The position numbers and the translations under genes are program-made. From Squalus acanthias (Eukaryota): DNA of 64,000 nucleotides. The notes below the pieces were generated by a model. It was not told the origin of the DNA and made no database searches. It saw only the letters and a program-made list of their open reading frames with translations. The stretch covers positions 95,668,001 to 95,732,000 of the forward strand of contig CM059431.1 in the NCBI GenBank assembly GCA_030390025.1. The letters run 5' to 3'. Of this stretch, positions 47,389 to 59,672 are shown one piece after another; position 1 is the stretch's first letter; every line of letters begins with the position of its first letter.

Positions 47389-50300
47389 ATGGCAAGGCTG
47401 GATGGCATTTATTTTAATGCAAGGAGTCTTGCGAGTAAGGTAGATGAATTGAAGGTGTTGATGAACACATGGGAGCACAATATTGTTGCTATCACAGAGA
47501 CATGGTTTAGGGAGGGGCAGGACTGGCAGCTCAATATTCCGGGGTATACAATCTTCAGGCGAGACAGAGGGGGGTGTAAAAGAGGAGGGGGTGTCGTAAT
47601 ATTAATCAAGGAGTCAATTACTGCTGTAAGGAGGGATGATATCTTAGCAGGTTCCTCTAATGAGGCCATATGGGTAGAACTTAAAATCAAAAAGGGGGCA
47701 AGCACTTTGCTGGAAGTGTACTATAGGCCCCCAAACAGTCAGGGGGAGATAGAGGAACAGATATGTAGGCAAATCTCAGAGAAGTGTAGAAATAATAGGG
47801 TAATAATAGTAGGGGATTTCAACTTCCCCAATATTAACTGGGATAGTCAGAGTGTGAAAGGCTTAGAGGGTGCAGAATTCTTAAAGTGCATCCAGGAGAG
47901 CTTTTTGAGCCAGCATGTAGAAAGTCCTACAAGACAGGAGGCGGTACTGGACCTAATTCTAGGGAATGAAGCCGGGCAAGTGGTAGAAGTGTTAGTAGGA
48001 GAGCATTTTGGTGACAGTGACCATAATTCGGTGAGATTTAAGGTAGTCATGGAAAAGGACAAAGATGGACTGGAAATAAAGGTTCTAAATTGGGGGAAGG
48101 CCAATTTTAACATGATAAGGCAGGATCTGGCCAAAGTGGACTGGGATCAGCTACTTGTAGGAAAATCCACATCAGAGCAGTGGGAGTCTTTCAGAAAGGA
48201 AATAGAGAGAGTACAACGGCAACATGTTCCTGTAAAGGTCAAGGGTGCCACCAACAAGCCCAGGGAACCCTGGATGTCAAGGGATATACGAGAGTGGATT
48301 AGGACAAAAAGGGAGGCTTTTGGCAGGTACAAAGGACTAAAAACAGTGGAAGCCCCAGAGGAGTATAGAAAGTGCATGGGGGTACTTAAAAAAGAAATTA
48401 GGAGAGCGAAGAGGGGGCATGAAAAAACACTGGCGGGCAAATTAAAGGAAAATCCCAAGGTGTTTTATAAGTATATTAAGGGCAAGAGGATAACCAGGGA
48501 AAGAGTAGGGCCCATTAGGGACCAAAGTGGCAATCTGTGTGTAGAGCCAGAAGATGTAGGTGGGGTTTTAAATGAATATTTTGCATCTGTGTTCACTATG
48601 GAGAAGGATGATGTAGGCATAGAAATCAGGCAGGGGGGTTGTGATATACTTGAACACATTAGTATTGAGTGGGAGGAGGTACTAGCGGTTTTAGCAGGCT
48701 TAAAAGTGGATAAATCCCAAGCCCAGACGAGATTTAACCTAGGCTGCTGTGTGAGGCAAGAGAGGAGATTGCAGGGGCTTTGACACAAATTTTCAGAACC
48801 TCTCTGGCCACAGGGGAGGTGCCAGAGGACTGGAGAACAGCTAACGTAGTACCATTATTCAAGAAGGGTGGTAGGGATAAACCAGGGAATTACAGGCCAG
48901 TGAGCCTAACATCAGTGGTAGGAAAATTATTGGAAAAAATTCTGAGGGACAGAATTAGACTCCACTTGGAGAGGCAAGGATTAATCAAGGATAGTCAGCA
49001 TGGCTTTGTCAGGGGGAGATCATGTCTGACCAATTTGATTGAATTTTTCGAGGGGGTGACTAGGTGTGTGGATGAGGGTAGTGCAGTTGATGTGGTCTAC
49101 ATGGACTTCAGTAAGGCTTTTGACAAAGTCACGCATGGGAGACTGGTCAAGAAGGTAAGAGCCCATGGGATCCAGGGCAACTTCGCACATTGGATCCAAA
49201 ATTGGCTTAGTGGCAGGAGGCAGAGGGTGATGGTCGAAGGTTGTTTTTGTGACTGGAAGCCTGTGTCCAGTGGTGTACCGCAGGGATCGGTGCTGGGTCC
49301 TTTGCTGTTTGTAGTGTACATTAATGATTTAGATATGAATGTAGGAGGTATGATCAGTAAGTTTGCAGATGACATGAAAATTGGTGGGGTGGTAAATAGC
49401 GAGGAGGGAAGTCTCAGGCTACAGGACGATATAGACGGGTTGGTCAGATGGGTAGAACAGTGGCAAATGGAATTTAACCCTGAAAAGTGTGAGGTGATGA
49501 ATTTTGGGAGGGCTAACAAGGCAAGGGAATACACAATGAATGGTAGGACCCTAGGAAGGACAGAGGATCAGAGGGACCTTGGTGTGCATGTACATAGATC
49601 CCTGAAGGCAGCAGGACAGGTGGATAAGGTGGTTAAAAAGGCATATGGGATACTTGCCTTCATTAGCCGAGGCATAGAATATAAGTCATGATGCGGAGAT
49701 GCCGGTGTTGGACTGGGGTGGACAAAAATGAGAAGTCGCACAACACCAGGTTATAGTCCAACAGTTTTATTTGAAATCACAAGCTTTCGGAGCTTTCGGA
49801 GCTCCTTCGTCAGGTCCGAAAGCTCCGAAAGCTTGTGATTTCAAATAAAACTGTTGGACTATAACCTGGTGTTGTGCGACTTCTCATAGAATATAAGAGC
49901 AGGGAGGTTATGATGGAGCTGTACAAAACGCTAGTTAGGCCACAGCTGGAATACTGTGTGCAGTTCTGGTCGCCACACTATAGGAAGGATGTGATTGCAT
50001 TGGAGAGGGTGCAGAGGAGATTCACCAGGATGTTACCTGGGCAGGAGCGCTTCAGCTATGAAGAGAGACTGGACAGGCTGGGGTTGTTTTCCTTAGAGCA
50101 GAGAAGGCTGAGGGGGGACCTGATTGAGGTGTACAAAATTATATGGGGCATAGATAGGGTTGATAGAAAGGAACTTTTCCCCTTAGTAGAGGGGTCAATA
50201 ACCAGGGGGCATAGTTTCAAGGTAAGGGGCAAGAGGTTTAGAGGGGTTTGAGGAAAAACCTTTTCACCCAGAGGGTGGTTGGAATCTGGAACTCACTGCC

Positions 50301-50411
50301 TGAAAGGGTGGTAGAGGCAGGAACCCTCACAACATTCAAGAAGCATTTAGATGAGCACTTGAAACGCCATAGCATACAAGGCTACAGACCAAGTGCTGGA
50401 AACTGGGATTA
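47389..50411 (+). pseudogene. CR1 ORF2 (APE endonuclease and reverse transcriptase), disrupted
   Basis: ORFs 47389-48783, 48780-49691 and 49874-50251; frameshifts near 48718 and 50245; Penelope insertion at 49686. Confidence 0.93.
49686..49884 (-). mobile_element. Miniature Penelope-like hairpin insertion
   Basis: 73-bp perfect inverted arms (49728-49800 / 49815-49887) plus tail; 13-bp TSD CATAGAATATAAG (49673-49685, 49885-49897). Confidence 0.88.
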
Positions 50412-50597
50412 GAATAGATAGGGCTTGATGGCCGGTGCAGACACGATGGGCCAAAGGGCCTCTTTCTGTGCTGTATAACTCTGTGACTCTATGACCTTAT
50501 CGAAAGCCTTCTAAAATTCCAAATACACCACATCCACTGCTTCTCCCTTATCTATTCTACCAGTTACATCCTCAAAAAATTCCAGTAGATTAGTCAA

Positions 50598-51023
50598 GCA
50601 ACACGGTGGCATAGTGGTTAGCACTGGTGCCTCACAGCGCCAGAGACCCGGGTTCGAATCTGACCTCGGGTGACTGTCTGTGTGGAGTTTGCACATTCTC
50701 CCCGTGTCTGCGTGGGTTTCCTCCGGGTGCTCCGGTTTCCTCCCACAGTCCAAAAATGTGTGGGTTAGGTTGATTTGGCTATGATAAATTGACCCTTAGT
50801 GTTAGGGGGGATTAAATATGTGGGGTTATGGGGATAGGATGGGATATGTTAGGGGGAATTAAATACGTGGGGTTACGGGGGTTGGGTGGGATAGGTGTAC
50901 TGTGGGGATTAAAGCAGGGACAGGGTACTGGATTTGGATGATCAGCCATGATCGTATTGAATGGCGGAGCAGGCTCGACGGGCCGAATGGCCTACTCCTG
51001 CTCCTAGATTCTATGTTTCTATG
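50598..51023 (+). mobile_element. HE1-type V-SINE (tRNA head, V domain, CR1 tail)
   Basis: A box TGGCATAGTGG (50607), B box GGTTCGAATC (50651), V-domain GTGGGTTTCCTCCGGGTGCTCCGGTTTCCTCCCACA, CR1-type tail ending TTCTATGTTTCTATG. Confidence 0.9.
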
Positions 51024-54000
51024 ATTTACCTTTTGTAAATCCATGTTGACTTTGTCTGATCCTGTCACTGTTTTCCAAGTGCTCTGCTATTACATCTTTT
51101 ATAATGGACTCTAGCATTTTTCCCACTACCGATGTCAGACTTTTTAAATAGTGGGGTTACATTAGCTATCCTCCAATCCATGGGAACTGTTCCAGAGTCT
51201 ATAGAATTTTGGAAGATGACCAGCAATGCATCTACTATTTCTAGGGCCACTTCCTTAAGTACCCTAGGATGTAGATTATCAGGCCCTGGGGAGTTATCGG
51301 CCTTCAATCCCGTCAATTTCCCTAACACCATTTCCCTACAAATACTGATTTCAATCAATTCCTCCCTCTCATTAGACCCTATGTTCCCCGACATCTCTGG
51401 AAGATTATTTGTGTCCTCCTTTGTGAAGACAGAACCAAAGTATGTATTTAATTGATCTGTCATTTCTTTGTTCCCCATTATAAATTCCCCTGATTCTGAC
51501 TGCAAGGGACCTATGCTTGACTTCACCAATCTTTTTCTCTTCACATATCTATAGAAGCTTTTACAGTCAGTTTTTATGTTCCCTGCAAGGTTACTCTCAT
51601 AATCTATTTTCCCCCTCTTAATTAATCCCTTTGTCCTCCTTTGCTGAATCCTAAACTGCTCCCAATCCTCAGGTTTACTGCTTTATCTGGCCAAATTATA
51701 GGTCCTCTCCTTGGATCTTATGCTATCCCTAATTTCCCTTGTTAGCCATGGTTGAGTCACCTTTTTTGCTTTATTTTTATGCCAAACAGGGATGAACAAA
51801 TTCTGTAGTTCATCCATGCGATCTTTAAATGTTTTCCATTGCCTATCCACCATCAACCCTTTAAGTAACATTCCCCAATCCATCCTAGCCAACTCGTGCC
51901 TCATACCATCGTAGTTTCCTTTGTTTGAATTCAGGACCCTAGTCTCTGAGTCAACTACTTCATTCTCCATCTTAATGATTAATTCTATCAAATTATGATT
52001 GCTCCTCCCCAAGGGGCAGCACACAACAAGATTGCTAATTAATCCTTTCTCATTTCATAATACCCAGTCTAAGATGGCCTGATCTCTAGTTGGTTCCTCG
52101 ACATATTGGTCCAGGAAACCATCCCGTATACACTCTAGGAATTCCTCCTCCACAGTATTGTTACTAATTTGGTTAGCCCAATCTATATGTAGATTAAAGT
52201 CACCCATGATAACTGCTGTGCCCTTATTGCACACATCTCTAATTTCCCGTTTAATGCCATCCCCAACCTCAGCATTACTGTTTGGGGGTCTGTATACTCT
52301 CCCACTAACGTTTTCTGCCCCTTGGTATTTCTCAGCTCTGCCCATACAGATTCCACATCATCAGAGCTAATATCCTTCCTTACAATTGTGTTAATCTCCT
52401 CTTTAACCAGCAATGCTACCCCACCTCCTTTTCCTTTTTTCCTGTTCTTCCTGAATATTGAATACCCATGGATGTTGAATTCCCAGACTTGTTCATCCTG
52501 GAGCCATGTCTCCGTAATCCCAATTATATCATATCCTTTTACATCTATTTGCGCAGCTAATTCATCCACCTTATTACGAATGCTCCTCACATTAAGACAC
52601 AACCTTCAGGCTTGATTTTTTAACACTCTTAGTCCTTTTAGAATTATTATTTACTGTGGCCCTGTTTGATTTACACCCTTGATTTCTCTGCCTTCCACTT
52701 TTGCTTTTCTCCTTCCTATCTTTTATTTCTATCCTTGCTTCCCTTTCCTCTGTCTCCCTGCACAGGTTCCCAACCCCCTGCCATTTTAGTTTAAACCGTC
52801 CCCAACAGCACTAGGACATTGGTTCCGGTCCCGCCCAGGTGCAAACCGTCCAGTTTGTACTGGTCCCACCTCCCCCAGAACCGGTTCCAATGTCCCAAGA
52901 ATTTGAATCCCTTCCCCTTGCACCATTCCTCTAGCCACGTATTCATCTGAAATATCCTTCTATTTCTACTCTGACTCGCATGTGGCACTGGTAGCAATCC
53001 TGAGATTACTACCTTTGAGGTCCTATTTTTTAATTTACCTCCTAACTCCCTATATTCAGCTTTTAGGACCTCATCCCATTTTTTACCTATATTGTTGGTA
53101 CCTGTATGCACCACGACAACTGGCTGTTCACCCTCCCCCTCCAGAATGCCCTGCAGCCGCTCCGAGACATCCCTTGCACCAGGGAGGCAACATACCATCC
53201 TGGATTCTCGTTTGTGGCTGCAGAAATGCCTATCTATTCCCCTTACAATAGAATCTCCTATCACTATAGCTCTCCCGCTCTTTTTGCTCCCGTCCTGTGC
53301 AGCAGGACCACCCATGGTGCCAGGAAGTTGGCTGCTGCTGCCTTCCCCTGATAAGCCATCCCCCTCAACAATATCCAAAGTGATATATCTGTTTGCAAGG
53401 GGGATGGCCACAGGGGACCCCTGCACTACCTGCCTGCGCCCTCTGCCTGGTGGTCACCCATTCCCTTCCTGCCTGTGCAGCCTTTACCTGCGGTGTGACC
53501 AACTCCCTAAACGTGTTATCCACGATGTGCTCAGCATCGTGAATGCTCCAGTATGTATCCATTCGCAGCTCCAGCACCGCAATGCGGTCTGTCAGTAGCT
53601 GCAGCTGGATACACTTCCCGCACTCATCCTAGTGCAATCATACCAATTAACAACACACAAGGGTAGGTACTCTGGTGTTTTATGCAATGTTCATGTAAAG
53701 TTTCTGTTAATGTGCTGTCAAACATTGAAACCTTTATTTTCAACACTTTGCGTTCTTGGTCAGATTTGTGTGCACCTTTGGAAGTGGCTTAGTGAGTTGC
53801 AGTGAATGGTGAGACATAACGGTCCTCCCCGCAATGGTGATGAGTGTGAAAGGAATGGCTTGGTCATTGTAGGGATGCTTTAGTGTGTTGGTGTGGGGTG
53901 GTGCCAACCTGGCGCATCATGTGGCAGCCAGGGTGTACAACGTGAAGTGAAGTAAATCTGGCCATGGTGAGGCCATCCCTGGCCTCCCAGGCAGCAATGT

Positions 54001-57000
54001 GGTCAGATGTTGATGCCCTATGTCCTGTGCAGCATCAGGTGATTGCGGAGAATGTTGGTGTTGGTGTTGCTGTTGGTGCTGCTGGTGTGCCTGGTGCTGC
54101 TGGTGCTGGGGCTGATCGTGGTGGGATTCTGAGGACCAAGGTGAGAAAGTATAAAGGACACCCATGCTGATGGAATAGATGGCAGGTGAAGTAGAGATGA
54201 CAGAAGCGATCTGTCAATGGTGAAAGAGGTAATGAGGTCAGACTGGATGGAGACTTGTGTAAAGATTTGCATCATGGTGAATCTGTTGTGGAAATGCAGT
54301 GAATAAGAGCTTGTGGCTGAGGGAAGATATCTCTGTAAGGTGGCAGCTTTTACTGTACATTAGAAGCTGTCAACTCAACAGCTGATTCAATGGCCATTGA
54401 ACCCGCACCTCAGCTTAACAGATGTGATCCCCGAGCAGCGAAGACCTCGTGGGTGAGTACGTAATATCAAAAGGTGAGCTCAAATGTATTCTTAATGATC
54501 TCTAAACAAGGTCATAATTACCTGAATTGGGTCCACCGCTGCTGCATGTCGGGTCTGCTCAGCACTGACAGACCTGACATCGGGGAAAGGCATGTGGTGG
54601 TGGGTTCACAGTGGGATCCCGGGAAAAAAAAACGTTCCCACCCGACCCACCACCGATTGCGCCCGCTTGACCCCCTGGAAAATCTGGGCCTACATGTCTG
54701 CAGGAGAGGGGCTCGGGGGAGGGAAGAGGTATTTAGCCATGATGTCCAGCTATTGTGGTGTGGGGTAGGCTTGATGGACCAGCTGGTCTATTCCTGCCCA
54801 TCATTTTTGCATGTGCGTATGTTCGTAGTTTAATTTTTGAGGAGGTTAGTAACGTGGTAGATAAGGGAGTGCCTAGGGATGCTATTTATATGGACTTCCA
54901 GAAGGCATTCGATAAGGTTCAACACAAGAGACTGCTAAGAAAAATGGAAGTACATGGAACTGGAGGCAACCTATTGACGTGGGTAGGGAATTGGTTAGGA
55001 GGTTGGAGACATAAAGTAGGGATAATGAGTATGTACTCAAATTGGCAGGATGTGACTAGTGGTGTCACCCAGGGATCTGTACTGGGCCTCAGCTTTTCAC
55101 TATATTTATCAATGACTTAGATGAAGGAATAGAGAGCTGTTTATCAATGTTTGCTAATGACACTTAGTGTAGATGGGAGCAGAAAGTTGCAAAGGGGACA
55201 TTGCTAGATTACATGAGTGGGCAAAACTGTTTCAGACAGAGTTCAATGTAAGGAAGTGCGAGGTCATCCACTTTGGACCGAAGAAAGATAGATCAGAGTA
55301 TTTTCTAAATGGTGAGAATCTAGGAACTGTGGAGGAGCAGAGAGAGTTAGGGTTCCATGTACAAAAATCACCAAAAACTAGTGGACAAGTACAAAAAATA
55401 ATTTAAAAGACGAATGGAATGTTAGCCTTCAGCTCAAGAGGACTGGAATACAAAGGGTGGAAGTTATGCTCTAGTTGTATAAAGCTCTGGTTAGACCCCA
55501 TCTGGAGTACTGCGTTCAGTTCTGGGCACCGCACTTCAGGAAAGATATATTGGCCTTGAAGGGGGTGCCTCGTAGATTCACCACAATGATACTGGGTTTA
55601 AAAGGGTTAAATCATGATGCCAGGTTACAGAGACTAATCCCTTGAATATAGAAGATTAAGGGGTGATCTAATTGAGGTGTTTAAGATGATCAAAGAAGTT
55701 GATTGGGTGGATAGAGAGAAACTATATCCTCTGGTGGGCGAGTCCAGAACAAGAGGGCAGAACCTTACAGAACCAAGGTGGATAAATGGAGTTAAGATAC
55801 AGATCAGTCATGATCTAACTGAATGGCAGAATAGGCTCAAGGGGCTGAATGGCCTACATGTTCCTAATGTTCTTGTCACTTTTTCCTTTCTGCTTTCCTG
55901 AAAACAATGGGGTAGATTTTCCTGCTACTACGCTTGGCTGTATTCCAATGCCTGGGTGCAGTGCACAGAGGGGTATCGGGTGGTTTCTGTTACGAATGTG
56001 CATTCCTCCCCGATAGTATTCTATGCACTGCATTCAAATGATCCAGGTGCATTAAGAGGGAAACCTGACTCACTGATTCTCGCTAGCATCCATTTGTGAT
56101 GCCTCGTCCAAGTGAACATTCTTTAATTGTTACCCTAAGTTGTCAGTGTCAGATAACTATTCGACTACCAAGGGTGTTACAATTGACCTCAATCGACAGA
56201 CACTGCACAAAAGCTCAACCGTAGTGCAACTCCCAGTTTTTCTTTGACTGGTGCCTGTGCAGCCTATGATTACCTAGAAAAAGAAAGCTCTAAATCAGAG
56301 TTTGAAATGGGGGAAGAGGTCTGTCTTAATGGGTAAACACACAGCTTGTATTGAACCAGAGAGACCAGGTGAATTCCAGGTTCAGTCACTTGGCTCTGTG
56401 GTCTTCTTGTGCTGATTTCAGCTGGTCAGCTGCTGCAATTGATCTTGGCCCAGAGAAGGAGGGGTGGGGGTGGGGGAAAGGTGAGCCACAGTTCCCTCCT
56501 GAGAGCTATCCAGTTACATGTATACCTTCCAAACAATGTGGTTGAAAGGATGGAGTTTGGGTCAGCTCTGGTAAATCAGCAAAGTCAAGCGATTAGATGT
56601 ACTTTTAAAGACAAGACATCTAAAATATTATCTATGAGCCAAGTTGGTTTTGGTGAAGAGTTTGATAAATACTTATATTATGGTACACAGATAGTAGGAT
56701 AGTATTGGGTCTTTCTTCATGGGAAAGAAATGTATTTCCATTCAAAGAATAGCCAACAGTACTCAGAGACCAAGACTAATATTAACATTCCACAGCGCCT
56801 GCCTTGTGAGTCATAAGGAAGCATAAATCAGAAGTGAGACTATCTCCAGGTGTCTATCAGCATTGCAATAGTTTAACCCCCAGACGATTGGGGTGGATTC
56901 ATCATCCAGTAGCACAGTCAGTCTGTTCTGATAACTTGGACTGAGGACTATACTAGAATGAAACACTTGTATTTTCTGAGGAGAACTGCAGTGCAGTTGA

Positions 57001-57956
57001 AGAGGCACAAGATCACACAATAATTATGGATGAGGAAAGCCATCTTAGTTCATCCATCCAGAGAGTCCCAAAGATTCCCCATTTCAGCGTCTTAAATAAT
57101 TCCGGGGTTTTCGCCTCCACTAATCCATCAACTGATTACTCTCCGTGTAAAGAACTTGCTGATATTAGTCCTAATTTTGCCTTTTACTAGCTAGAACCTG
57201 TGTCTCCTTGTCCTATTTTCACAATATAATTTAAAGTAATATTTCAGATTTACCTTCCATACTGGTTGCTGTCTTATGTACCTCTATAAGATCACTTCTT
57301 CCCTGGTTTCCATGCTCAAAACTTCAAGACCTAGTAATTTGCTCATCCCACACCCCTTTTTAGAGCACTAAATGGGCACATAAGCTTCCAATATGGCAGG
57401 CAGGAGGCGAGCTCTCATTACAAGCCTGTGGGGCTGCCTTTGGGGCTTTGGAGATGGGGAGCAGCAAGGCAGGGTGCAGGGGCGGTTGCAACAAGACGAA
57501 GGAGGAGGGTACTGCACAGAAGGCCATACCCACAACGGGTCTTCAGGGAGGATTTCTCCTAAATGAACTTCAGTGAGGAGCACTGTATGAGGTGCCTTCG
57601 CTTCACCAAGGAGGCTATGTCATCTGCTTCAGCTACAACTCGAGCCTTGCACCAAGGTATGTACAGCCAACAAGGTCACCGTGGCCCTTAACTTTTATGT
57701 CACAGGCTCCTTTCAGGCTGCAGCAGGTGACGTTAGCGATATATGAAACTTCGCAGTACACCTATGCATCAGTGAGGTCACCGAGGCTCTCTACACCAGG
57801 AGGAGCACCTGTACCTTGTTCCCATGGACAGAGTGAAGCAGGACGAGACAGCAGTAAGCTTTACCCACATTGCAAGCTTCCCCTGTGTGCAAGTTGCCAT
57901 AAATTGCACCCGCATTGCTTTGCGGCTCCCTTGCACAAGCCTGACCCCAGGAGGCT

Positions 57957-59057
57957 CGATGAGGGTAGTGCGTTTGATGTAGTGTATATGGATTTTAGCA
58001 AGGCTTTTGATAAGGTCACACATGGCAGACTAGTCACGAAAGTAAAGCCCATGGGATCCAGGGCAAAGCAGCAAGTTGGATCCGAAATTGGCTCAGAGGC
58101 AGGATGCAGAGGGTAATGGTTGATGGCTGTTTTGGTGACTGGAAGGCTGTTTCCAGTGGGGTTCCACAGGACTCAGTACTAGGTCTCTTGCTTTTTGTGG
58201 TATATATCAATGATTTAGACTTGAATGTAGGGGGTATAATTAAGAAGTTTGCAGATGATACTAAAATCAGCTGTGTGGTTGATAATGAAGAAGAAAGCTG
58301 GTCAGGTGGGCAGAACCATGGCAAATGGAATTCAATCCGGAGAAGTGTGAGGTAATGCATTTGGGGAGGGCTAACAAGACAAGGGAAGAGGTGTACAGGA
58401 ACAAAGAGACCTTGGAGTGCAGGTCCACAGATCCCTGAAAGTAGCAGGCCAAATAGATAAGGTGGTTAAGAAGGCATACGGAATACTTGTCTTTATTAGC
58501 CGAGGCATAGAATACAAGAGCAGGGAGTTTATGCTTGAACTGTATAAAATACTAGTTAGGCCACAGCTAGAGTACAGTGTGCAGTTCTGGTCTCCACTAG
58601 ACTGGAGAATTTTAGCTACGAGGAAAGATTGGATAGGCTGGATTTGTTTTCTTTGGAACAGAAGAGGCTGAGGGGAGACCTTATTGAGGTGTATAAAATT
58701 ATGAGGGGCCTAGATAGAGTGGACAGGACAGACCTATTTCCCTCAGCAGAGGGGTCAACAACCAGGGGACACAGAATTAAAGTAATTTGTAGGAGGTTTA
58801 GGGGGGATTTGAGGGGAAATTTCTTCACCCAGAGGGTGGTTGGGGTCTGGACCTCACTGCCTGAAAGGGTGGTAGAGGCAGAAACCCTCACCACATTTAA
58901 AAAGTGCTTGGATGTGCACTTGAAGTGCCGTAATCTACAGGGCTACGGACCAAGAGCTGGAAAGCGGGATTAGGCTGAAGAGCTCTTTGTCGGCCGGTGC
59001 GGACACGATGGGCTGAATTGGCCTCCTTCCGTGCTGTAAATTTCTATGATTCCATGA
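57957..59057 (+). mobile_element. CR1 RT/3' fragment with deletions
   Basis: DEGSAFDVVYMDFSKAFDKV to tail TTCTATGATTCCATGAT. Confidence 0.9.
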
Positions 59058-59158
59058 TATGAATTACCAATCAAAAGAGGTTCTACTCCCCAACGTACAG
59101 CTGGTTTGCGACCACAGGCAGCGCACCATGCAGGTCTATGCCTGGTTTTCTGGCAGCA

Positions 59159-59672
59159 GTCATAGAATCATAGAATGGTTATAGCACAGAAGGAGGCCAT
59201 TCAGCTCGTCGAGCCCGTGCCGGCTCTCTGCAAGAGCACTTCAGCTAGTCCCACTCCCCCGCCCTTTCCCCGTAGCCCTGAAAATTTGTTTCCTTCAGGT
59301 ACTTATCCAATTTCCTTTTGAAAGCCATGATTAAATCTGCCTCCACCACCCTTTCAGGCAGTGCATTCCAGATCACCACCACTCGCTGCGTAAAAAAGAT
59401 TTTCTTCATGTCGTCTTTGGTTCTTCTGCCAATCATCTTTGACCTCTGGTTCTCGACCCTTCCGCCAATGGGAACAGTTTCTCTCCTATCTACTCTGTTT
59501 AGATCCCTCATGATTTTAACACCTCTATCAAATCTCCTCTCAACCTTCTCTGCTCTAAGGAGAACAACCCCAGCTTCTCCAGTCTATCCATGTAACTCCC
59601 TGGAACCATTCTTGTAAATCTTTTCTGCACCCTCTCGAAGGCCGTCACATCCTTCCTAAAGTGCGGTGCCCT
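59159..59672 (-). mobile_element. CR1 3' fragment
   Basis: Tail [37 protein letters not shown]. Confidence 0.9.

Larger units (their letters stand above)
44519..50492 (+). mobile_element. CR1-D, full-length young CR1 (5'UTR, ORF1, ORF2, tail)
   Basis: GACCT duplicated at 44514-44518 and 50493-50497; all domains present; tail CTCTGTGACTCTATGA. Confidence 0.93.
43345..53622 (-). mobile_element. CR1-C, near full length (own sequence 43345-44518 and 50498-53622)
   Basis: ORF1 (52791-53620), EN, RT and tail are colinear on the minus strand; CTCAT duplicated at 43340-43344 and 53623-53627. Confidence 0.9.
42639..54690. mobile_element. Harbinger deletion derivative (about 1.8 kb own sequence) swollen to 12 kb by LINE insertions
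   Basis: TIRs GGCCGCGATTTT / AAAATCTGGGCC; exact TAC TSD; Myb/SANT remnant AAPRLSHDSL...AWLHIAEE...RTWVQCLKRFNDL at ~42930-43150. Confidence 0.85.
41603..54825 (+). mobile_element. CR1-B 3' fragment with its 3'UTR split by a Harbinger (own sequence 41603-42638 and 54694-54825)
   Basis: RFADDTKI RT motif; TAGTT duplicated at 41598-41602 and 54826-54830; tail CGTATGTTCG. Confidence 0.75.
39090..55872 (+). mobile_element. Old CR1 (CR1-A), outermost element of the nest; own sequence ~39090-41602 and 54831-55872
   Basis: EN (IPGYKVFRKDR) to GFVKDKSCLSNIV at 41602, resuming FEEVSNVVDKG at 54831 and ending in a CR1 tail. Confidence 0.8.

Noticed and set aside
50598..50670. tRNA gene
   Set aside because: The A/B boxes belong to a SINE head followed by a V domain and LINE tail.
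53917..54275. Q/H-rich and A/P-rich ORFs
   Set aside because: Degenerate trinucleotide-repeat stretch inside the Harbinger derivative.
56160..57020. Minus-strand acceptors at ~56274 and ~56986 in non-repeat DNA
   Set aside because: No convincing in-frame donor before stop codons.
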